Part shown: positions 1 to 6,940 of the stretch, one piece after another
Numbering within the stretch: position 1 is the stretch's first letter
Layout of the letters: every line of letters starts with the position of its first letter
Origin: Octopus sinensis
Taxonomy: Eukaryota
DNA length: 8,862 nucleotides
NCBI RefSeq assembly: GCF_006345805.1
Contig: NW_021828265.1
Coordinates: forward strand, 1-8,862
Direction: 5' to 3'
Program-made: the position numbers and the translations under genes
Notes under the pieces: generated by a model
The model's database searches: none
Told to the model about the DNA's origin: nothing
What the model saw: only the letters and a program-made list of their open reading frames with translations

Positions 1-27
1 CTTTTATTATCTCTCTCTGTCTCTCCT

Positions 28-262
28 CGAAGAACTAAAAAAAACCAAAGACGAGTTCAGGCCAACTTTCGATGGGAACGTTGTTTACGGCACATTGAAG
101 ACGCCCAGATTCGCCTGACATAGCAGACGTGACATTTTCCCGCCTTCTCGTTCTTCTTGTGAACGCATCAAGCCAGTCTTTTGCTCGCAATTGTGCTGGT
201 GGCCATTTTGTTTGCCTACTTTTCTTAAATTTTCGTTGGCAATGGTGCGTTGTATGGCGAAG
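28..262. promoter_or_regulatory. CpG-rich unique island, possible promoter/enhancer
   Basis: 15 CpG counted in ~235 bp against an AT-rich background. Contains TGTTTAC (82-88, forkhead-type), TTTCCCGC (136-143, E2F-type) and GCCATTTTG (202-210, YY1-type). Motif matches only; no transcript evidence. Confidence 0.3.
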
Positions 263-331
263 GAGAGGGTGTTCCTTCTAAGGAGTTCATAACACTCTCA
301 CCCCATTTCACTCTTTTTCTCTTCCTCTCCC

Positions 332-432
332 TATATATGTGTCGGTGTATGTGTATGTATGTCTATATGTATATATGTGTGTGTGTGTGTGCATATTTGT
401 ATTAGTGTGTGTGTGTGTGTTTGTGTCTGTCT
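332..432. repeat. Mixed (TA)/(TG) microsatellite
   Basis: Degenerate tatg/tg dinucleotide runs seen directly. Confidence 0.85.
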
Positions 433-543
433 AATATTGGTTTTCGTTTTTAAGCTATCTGCTTTTTACTTCTTTTATCAATTCAATTTCGTTATGAGTA
501 TACATGAATGCTTGTCCGTGTATATTTGTGTGTGTATGTATAG

Positions 544-593
544 TACATACATACTAACATACATACATACATACATACATACATACTATATAG

Positions 594-624
<31 letters not shown>

Positions 625-648
625 TGTATGTATGTATGTATATATATA
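544..648. repeat. (CATA)n followed by (TATG)n tetranucleotide microsatellites in inverted orientation
   Basis: (acat)n at 557-585, spacer ctatataga, then (tatg)n from 595 to about 640. Confidence 0.95.
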
Positions 649-708
649 ATCTCGTCCCTTCTTCAACTCTATTTCACCTGTTTTATTCTTTTTCCTTTTG
701 TACAATCA

Positions 709-800
709 TGATGATGATGATGATGATGATCCATCATCATCATCATCAAGAGTAGGCAGCACGGCAACAGCGGTAGCAGCAGCAGCATCTCGTCATCATC
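709..800. repeat. Trinucleotide SSR cluster (TGA)n/(TCA)n/(GCA)n
   Basis: tgatgatga at 709-730, cc, atcatcatc at 733-748, and imperfect gca/cag runs at about 757-787. Confidence 0.9.
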
Positions 801-932
801 AACACCAATATCATCACCAGTTTCACTCTCGCTCTTCTTATTTATTTATTTATTTGCTATTAATATTCTCTTTCTCTGGTTTTCGTTAACACCAATGAAT
901 CTCGAAATATCAGTGTACGTAAGTCCGTTTCT

Positions 933-982
933 ATGTGTGTTTGTATATATGTGGGTGTGTATGTATTTGTGAATGTTTGTGT

Positions 983-1068
<86 letters not shown>

Positions 1069-1235
1069 TTGTGTCTTTACGTGCTTCTGTAAGAAAATAT
1101 GCATGGAAGTATATGCACGCGCGTATATGTGTGTGTCTATATTTGTTTGTGAGTGTGTGTGTGTGTGTGTGTGTGTATGTTTCTATGCTTGTGTGTGTTT
1201 ATTGTGTGTGTTTCTATGCGCCGTGTGTGTGTGTG
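933..1235. repeat. Compound (TG)n(TA)n(TG)n microsatellite
   Basis: Pure (tg)n at about 988-1015, (ta)n at about 1016-1049, (tg)n at about 1050-1067, with further tg runs to 1235. Confidence 0.95.
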
Positions 1236-1280
1236 AGTAGTGGGAGTAAAGATGTTGAGTGAGATGTCTGAACGAGGCGT

Positions 1281-1461
1281 ATGATGATGATGATGATGAT
1301 GACAATGGGGATGATGGTGATGATGATGATGAGGAGGAGGAAGAAGAAGAAGGAGGAGGAGGAGAAGGAGGAGGAGAAGGAGGAGAAGGAGGAGGAGAAG
1401 GAGGAGGAGAAGGAGGAGGAGGAGGAGAGGAGGAGGAGGAGGAGGAGGAGGAGGAGAGGAA

Positions 1462-1503
<42 letters not shown>

Positions 1504-1533
1504 GAAGAAGAAGAAGAAGAAGAAGAAGAAAAG
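1281..1533. repeat. Compound trinucleotide array (GAT)n-(GGA/GAA)n-(AAT)n-(AAG)n
   Basis: Four successive triplet motifs; includes a purine-only stretch at 1331-1464. Confidence 0.95.
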
Positions 1534-1789
1534 GTGAGTGATGGTGGTGGAAGTGCGCAAGATCTTGTGCGTTTTCTGCATCAGGGATCAGTGTCAATTA
1601 GTACTGCAAGATATTGTTTTAAGGGTTAGCGATCTTGGAGGAAACAGGGACCTAGATCATGTGGCTTGTTGCCAGGGAAATGGCGATGTGAAGGGCTGGG
1701 CGTAGAGGGAAACTAAGCGAGAGAGATAGAATAAAGGGAGACAGTTAGAGAGTGAATGGAGTGGAGATGGGACGAGGGGATCGCGCGTG

Positions 1790-1960
1790 TGTGTGTTAGT
1801 GTGAGAGAGAGAGAGAAAGGAGGGAGAGAGTAGAGAAAGAAATAATTGATAGAGAGAAGTTAGAGAGAGAGAAGAAAGGAAGGGAAGATAGAAGTGAGGG
1901 AGGCGGAGATAGAGTGAGATCAAGGAAGGAAGGAAGGCAGAGAATCAGTAAAAGGGAAAA
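1790..1960. repeat. GA-rich low-complexity tract
   Basis: gagaga/gaag/ggaa runs with strong purine bias on the + strand. Confidence 0.85.
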
Positions 1961-2102
1961 AGAAAGATTTAGAATTTTGAAGAAGACCTGAGAATTCTCT
2001 ATACATATGCATTTACATACATATCTCATATATGTGTGTGTATACATTTGGCGTATAAGTATTATAGATTTATTTCAGCCGATCATACTCATGGTCTTGC
2101 GG

Positions 2103-2103
<1 letters not shown>

Positions 2104-2133
<30 letters not shown>

Positions 2134-2184
2134 TGTATGTACATACGTATGTATGTATGTATGTATGTACGTATGTATGTATGT
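2104..2184. repeat. (TATG)n microsatellite
   Basis: About 20 tetramer units with tac/cgt interruptions. Confidence 0.95.
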
Positions 2185-2290
2185 CATAGTTCAATTTTAT
2201 TTCAAGATTTCTTGCCAATAAAGAATGAGCCAATTTCTAACCGAGATCTAAGGCTCTATCACTGGAATTTCAACATCAAGAACAGAGTAT

Positions 2291-2292
<2 letters not shown>

Positions 2293-2347
<55 letters not shown>

Positions 2348-2372
2348 ATGTATGTATGTATGTATGTATGTG
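2293..2372. repeat. (TGTC)n(TATG)n compound microsatellite
   Basis: (tgtc)n at 2293-2345 switches in phase to (tatg)n through a single-base change in the unit. Confidence 0.95.
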
Positions 2373-2630
2373 TGCAGAGTGATTTGTATGTTTTGTTTTA
2401 TGTATGTATTCTCATGCATATAGTTGAATATCTAGATATGTTCTTATATATTTAAATGCTAAACTTCTAGAAAGTTTTATAGAATTTTACAGTTCCAGTG
2501 ATGGATTGGATCTATAGTCTTCGAATTAAAATTCTCCTTTCTGGTTTTGAGAAGCCTAATTTCTCAAGAGTGGTATTTAGGCAGTGTGTTACATATCTCA
2601 GGGCCCCAATAATTACAGGTATAAACCTGG

Positions 2631-2930
2631 TATATATGTATGCATGTCTGTCTCTATGTATATATGTTTGTATGTATGTATGTATGTAGGAATGTCTATA
2701 TATTTATCTCTCTATCTATCTATATTATATACATACATACACACATATATATATACATATATATGTGTGTATATATATGCATGTATGCATATATATATAT
2801 ACATATACATATATATAATACCCATACACCATAGCTATATGTATGTAAGTATGCATGCATGTATGAATGTATGTATATGTGTATGTATGCATGCATGTAT
2901 GTAGGTTTGTACGTATATATATGTAAGTAT
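2631..2930. repeat. Degenerate TA/TATG/CATA/TCTA simple-repeat field
   Basis: Mixed tatg, ctat, cata and tgca units. Confidence 0.85.
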
Positions 2931-3263
2931 ATGCGATTACGTGGAGAAAATAGCAGCACCCTCGACCCCTTATTGCTTCAGAAGTTTAATAAAAAAAGGG
3001 GTGAAAGGTAGGAAGAAGTTATTCTAAGACCAGAGCATGGTCCAGATGGTTCATCAACAAAATGATCTCTGCTGATGGCACAGAACACATATGTAGTGCT
3101 ATTAAACAAAGACGACAGATTACCTAAAGCATTCTTAACTACTAATAATAAATATGACAAACAAAAGCAATGATTGAATTGGGAGAAATGGTGATCATTG
3201 AATAAATAGTCTCTCAAATTGGAAAAGGGAAAGAAAAACTAAAAAGAAAAAAATTACTGATAT

Positions 3264-3426
3264 AGCGCTGGTGTGGGTGTCTGGTAAGAAGTATACTTCC
3301 TAACCACATGGTTCCGGGTTCAGTCCCACTGCGTGGTATCTTAGGCGAGTGTCTTCTACTATAGCCTCGGGCCAACTAAAACCTTGTGAGTGGATTTGGT
3401 AGACGGAAACTGAAAGAAGCCCATCG

Positions 3427-3479
<53 letters not shown>

Positions 3480-3718
3480 TATAGTACAAAGTAAGATATG
3501 AAGGTAACCTACAATGGATATCAGTTATCCAATATACTGCTGGTAAAGTACCCAAATACTAAATAGACAAATGCTTATATTGCAATGCAATTAATTCATT
3601 CTTGTATTGAATGGTGAAGGTAAAAATATTTTACCGTAAATTCATAATACAAATAAGAAAATGGAGGAACAAATTCATTTCGATCATCAACTTACGGATA
3701 TTACAATTTCATATTATT

Positions 3719-3784
<66 letters not shown>

Positions 3785-3995
3785 GTGTGTGTGTGCGTAT
3801 ATATATGTTTGTGTGTCTGTATTTCTCCCCGGTCCCCGCATCATCGTTTGACAACCGATGTTGGTGTATTTACGTCCCCGTAATTTTACGGTTCAGCAAA
3901 CGAGACCGATATGATAAGTACTAGTCTTACAAAGAATAACACCTAGGGTCGATTTGTTCGAGTAATGGCGGTGCTCCAAGAAAGAATAAAAGAAT
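3264..3995 (+). mobile_element. tRNA-derived SINE family F1, diverged copy, interrupted by an insert at 3481-3718
   Basis: 3264-3426 aligns to the head of the copy at 4235 (B box ggttcagtccc at 3317-3327, then ...gtagacggaaactgaaagaagccc). 3810-3978 aligns to its 3' half (gacaaccgatg...gagaccgat...ggcggtgctcca). Tail aaagaataaaagaat at 3981-3995; about 35 nt before the tail are deleted. Confidence 0.92.
3481..3718. mobile_element. Unclassified ~240 bp AT-rich insertion inside the SINE's (TA)n tract
   Basis: Absent from the uninterrupted F1 copy (4398-4440) and flanked by (TA)n on both sides. No ORF homology or clear TIR seen. Confidence 0.6.
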
Positions 3996-3997
3996 AT

Positions 3998-4139
3998 CAC
4001 CGCACCTTAGCCGTTCAACAAAATGAACCGACACAAAGAATACAAAGCTTAAAAAAATAAGTACTGGAGTCAATTCATTGAAATAAAAACTCTTCAAAGT
4101 ATGGCTACAGTATAATGGCTGAAACAAGTAAAAGATAAG
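3998..4139 (+). mobile_element. Old, highly diverged 3' fragment of an F1-related SINE
   Basis: cttagccgttcaacaaaa...aataagtactggagtcaatt...atggctacagt...ctgaaacaagtaaaaga parallels 4499-4632 (cttagcggttcggcaaaa...gactgaaacatgtaaaaga). Confidence 0.7.
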
Positions 4140-4234
4140 CGGTATGGATATAAATAAATATAAAGGAATAAGAAAAGAATGAAAGAAATTGGTCAGACAT
4201 TTACATAGAAATATAGCACACATGTATGCACATT

Positions 4235-4644
4235 GGCGCAGGAGTGGCTGTGTGGTAAGTAGCTTGTTTACTAACCACATGGTCCCGGGTTCAGTCCCAC
4301 TGCGTGGCACCTTGTACAAGTGTCTTCTACTATAGCCTTGGGCCGACCAAAACCTTGTGAGTGAATTTGGTAGACGGAAACTGAAAGAAGCCCGTCGTAT
4401 ATATGTATATATATATATGCGTGTGTGTGTTTGTGTGTCTGTGTTTGTCCCCCTAGCATTGCTTGACAACCGATGCTGGTGTGTTTATGTCTCAGTTACT
4501 TAGCGGTTCGGCAAAAGAGACCGATAGAATAAGTACTGGGCTTACAAAAGAATAATTCCCGGAGTCGAGTTGCTCGACTAAAGGCGGTGCTCCAGCATGG
4601 CCGCAGTCAGATGACTGAAACATGTAAAAGAGTGAGTAAAAGAG
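4235..4644 (+). mobile_element. tRNA-derived SINE family F1, essentially full length
   Basis: A box tggctgtgtgg at 4245-4255 and B box ggttcagtccc at 4288-4298. ggcaccttgtacaagtgtctt (4306-4326) resembles the start of the CORE-SINE domain (gaccttgggcaagt). Internal (TA)(TG) tract and short gagtaaaa tail. Homologous segments at 3264, 3998, 7594 and 7938. Confidence 0.95.
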
Positions 4645-4660
4645 ATATGAAAATGCAGTC

Positions 4661-4685
4661 AAATATATATATTTGTATATTATGT
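4661..4685 (+). repeat. Left target-site duplication of the F2 dimer
   Basis: aaatatatatatttgtatattatgt versus aaatatatatttttgtatattatgt at 5130-5154 (24/25 identical). Confidence 0.8.
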
Positions 4686-4686
4686 T

Positions 4687-4918
4687 AAGGCGGCGAGCTG
4701 GCAGAAACGTTAGCACGCCGGGCGAAATGCGTAGCCGTATTTCGTCTGTCGTTACCTTCCGAGTTCAAATTCCGCCGAGGTCGACTTAGCTTTCATCCTT
4801 TCGGGGTCGATTAAATAAGTACCAGTGACGCACGGGGGTCGATGTAATCGACTTAATCCGTTTGTCTGTCCTTGTTTGTCCCCTCTCTGTTTAGCCCCTT
4901 GTGGGCAATAAAGAAATA
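4687..4918 (+). mobile_element. tRNA-derived SINE family F2, unit 1 of a head-to-tail dimer
   Basis: A-box-like tggcagaaacg at 4699-4709 and B-box-like gttcaaattcc at 4763-4773. Body gtcgac...tttcatcctttcggggtcgat...aagtacca; ends in aaagaaata. Repeated at 4919-5134 and, in part, inverted at 7850-7937. Confidence 0.93.
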
Positions 4919-5134
4919 AGAAACGTGAAGCCGCCGGGCGAAATGCTTAACAGTATTTCGTCCGTCTTTACGTTCCGAGTTAAATTCTGTCGAAGTCGAC
5001 TTTGCCTTTCATCCTTTCGGGGTCGATAAATTAAGTACCAATTGCGCACTGGGGTCGATGTAATCGACTTAATCCGTTTGTCTGTCCTTGTTTGTCTCCT
5101 CTATGTTCAGCCCCTTGTGGGTGGTAAAGAAATA
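4919..5134 (+). mobile_element. SINE family F2, unit 2 (5'-truncated by ~16 nt)
   Basis: Aligns to 4703-4918 with a 216 bp period. Lacks the tggc of the A box and has a 1 nt deletion in the B box (gagttaaattc). Confidence 0.93.
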
Positions 5135-5154
5135 TATATTTTTGTATATTATGT
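5130..5154 (+). repeat. Right target-site duplication of the F2 dimer
   Basis: Matches 4661-4685 at 24/25 positions; overlaps the last bases of the SINE tail. Confidence 0.8.
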
Positions 5155-5198
5155 ATATGTGGGTATATATACACGCACAAATATTTATGGATATACTT

Positions 5199-5709
5199 GT
5201 CTATGACTCTTGGCAAGACAGAAGTCCGACAGCTTCAGAAAATGGTGTTCCATCTAGGGAGACATCAATCAGCAGTGGAGTTCCTCAGAGAACTGTTCTG
5301 GGACCACTACCGTTTGTAGTGGCTCTCTCAGACATGCCCTTAGTCGTACAGCCAGCCACTCTCATCAGCTATGCTCATGATTCAAAAGTATCACAAGTGG
5401 TCAAGGACCTTTATGTGGTACTAAAACTGCGAAATGACCTGCGTGCAATGTACAAATAGGCTGGTGAAAATAATATGTCGTTCGATACTGATATGTTTCA
5501 AACACTCCATTATAGGCCCATAAGCAGACTACAATCGGAATACATAGGACCTCGGGGTAGTACAATCTCAGATTTAGAACTGGTGCGTGATCTGGGAATC
5601 CACATGAGTAATGATGCAAAATTGCATGTACATATTACCAAGATGGTAACATTGTGCAGACGAGTAGCTAAATGGATTCTTAGATCATTCAGAGCTTGAA
5701 ATAAGGATT
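5199..5709 (+). mobile_element. Decayed non-LTR retrotransposon (CR1/L2-group LINE) ORF2 reverse-transcriptase fragment
   Basis: One reading frame gives SGVPQRTVLGPLPF (5274 on; canonical SGVPQGxVLGPLLF), YAHDSK (5370 on; canonical YADDTK), NDLRAMYK*AGENNMSF, VRDLGIHMSND and WILRSFRA*NKD. In-frame stops are TAG at 5457-5459 (expected W) and TGA at 5697-5699 (expected R). Truncated at both ends; non-functional. Confidence 0.93.
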
Positions 5710-6019
5710 GCTTGTATATAGATATACACTTTATTTAAGAATGCAGCCGCTTCTACAGACAAATAAACTCTGGTCGGTCAAGTCTTTGCTTGTCTGAAGA
5801 AGGTGTACAGAAATGTTTAACTGCATTAATTGCTGTGATTGCCTACTTAATTTGTACTGTCTAAATCAGCTTCAAGGGCATCACTGCAGACAGGGCAGTT
5901 TTGTTTCTACAGACTCTTCATCATTTCTTTGGCACCAATGTGGAGATTTCTGCTGTCATCTATTCGTGGATGGGAGAAATAGGGATCCTATATTTGCTGT
6001 CAAATGAGTAAAATGTTCT

Positions 6020-6111
6020 GGGGTTATGCTCAATTCCCGGTCTGGGAATCGAAACCACAATCCTACGACCAGGAGTCCGCTACCCTAACCACTGGGCTAT
6101 TGCGCCTTCAC
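6020..6111 (-). mobile_element. tRNA-derived SINE head, family F3 (solo 5' fragment)
   Basis: The minus strand reads ggcgcaaTAGCCCAGTGGttagggtagcgga...ggtttcgattcccagaccggg. Consensus A box at 6089-6099, B-box-like element at 6045-6055, D-stem gccc/gggt present. The acceptor stem does not pair, so this is not a functional tRNA. Confidence 0.8.
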
Positions 6112-6230
6112 CGTGTCTATGATAGACCGTTTGAAAGAAAACCTTTACCTCTGTACGGCGCACGCGCACACATATGCACCCAAACATTCAGACACAGTAT
6201 AATAATGTTAACTATCAAACTCTAGGCCTT

Positions 6231-6423
6231 TCTATATATATATGTATGTATACACACATATATTTACACAGAGATTTACATACACACAGAGATTTACATA
6301 CATACATACATACATATTTATATATGTGTGTGTATGTGTATGTACTTTACACACACACACACACTCACACACATATATATATATACATACATATATATAT
6401 ACACAAATATAGATATATATATG

Positions 6424-6454
<31 letters not shown>

Positions 6455-6490
6455 ATACACACACACACACATATATATATATATGCTACA

Positions 6491-6541
<51 letters not shown>

Positions 6542-6586
6542 ATATATATATACACATATTATATATGCATAATATATATACATACA

Positions 6587-6647
<61 letters not shown>

Positions 6648-6766
6648 TATAGAGAGAGAGAGAGAGAGAGAGAAGAGAGATTTACATATATACATACATA
6701 CACATACAGAAAGATATTTATATATGTGCGTGTATGTGAGTGTACTTTACACACACACACACACAC
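6231..6766. repeat. Large TA/CA/CATA/GA microsatellite field with embedded longer direct repeats
   Basis: (ta)n, (ca)n and (ga)n runs; 18 bp tandem pair at 6267-6302; related ~80-90 bp blocks at 6288-6364 and 6676-6766. Confidence 0.9.
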
Positions 6767-6873
6767 GTACATAAAATCCAATAGATTTTTGTTACTTTAT
6801 TTTCACAGTCAAGAAAACTAATTTGTCCCTGTATTTTCTTTCTTTCTCTCCCTGTATTTATATATTTTTGTCA

Positions 6874-6904
6874 CTCTCTCTCTCTCTCTCTCTCTCTCTT
6901 CTTC

Positions 6905-6936
<32 letters not shown>
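6874..6936. repeat. (CT)n microsatellite
   Basis: Two (ct)n runs separated by tcttcccc. Confidence 0.95.

Positions 6937-6940
<4 letters not shown>

Noticed and set aside
359-1262. ORFs rich in CV/YI/MYVC dipeptides (359-649, 933-1262, 935-1240) and similar ones across the window (2007-2959, 6174-6781, 7225-7646, 8248-8847)
   Set aside because: They are translations of (TG)n, (TA)n and (TATG)n repeats, which lack stop codons in some frames. No domain content.
1259-1539. Acidic/Gly/Asn/Lys ORF ending near a consensus splice donor AAG|GTGAGT (1534)
   Set aside because: The peptide is pure triplet-repeat translation and no polypyrimidine acceptor is visible upstream. The donor match is probably chance, though RNA-seq would settle it.
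1551-1574. Imperfect 24 bp palindrome aagtgcgcaagatcttgtgcgttt
   Set aside because: Only a 10 bp perfect core (caagatcttg) with several G-T mismatches outside it; expected by chance in 9 kb.
3630-3700. Hammerhead-like words on the minus strand (ccgtaag-TTGATGA-tc-GAAA...tttacgg)
   Set aside because: C3 is U, only 2 nt separate the core halves (no helix II), and there is no NUH cleavage triplet before the stem I 3' strand. Not a valid hammerhead as it stands.
3927-4469. Longest ORF in the track (180 aa, minus strand)
   Set aside because: It reads antisense through SINE F1 pieces and an AT-rich spacer; no recognisable protein.
4703-5134. Repeated units with gtcgac palindromes superficially resembling a CRISPR or satellite array
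   Set aside because: Only two 216 bp SINE units, no repeat-spacer periodicity, and a eukaryotic context.
6020-6111. Possible functional tRNA gene
   Set aside because: Acceptor and anticodon stems do not pair; treated as a SINE head.
6790-6808. Strong-looking 3' splice acceptor ttgttactttattttcacag
   Set aside because: No downstream open exon with a convincing donor; pyrimidine tracts are abundant here.
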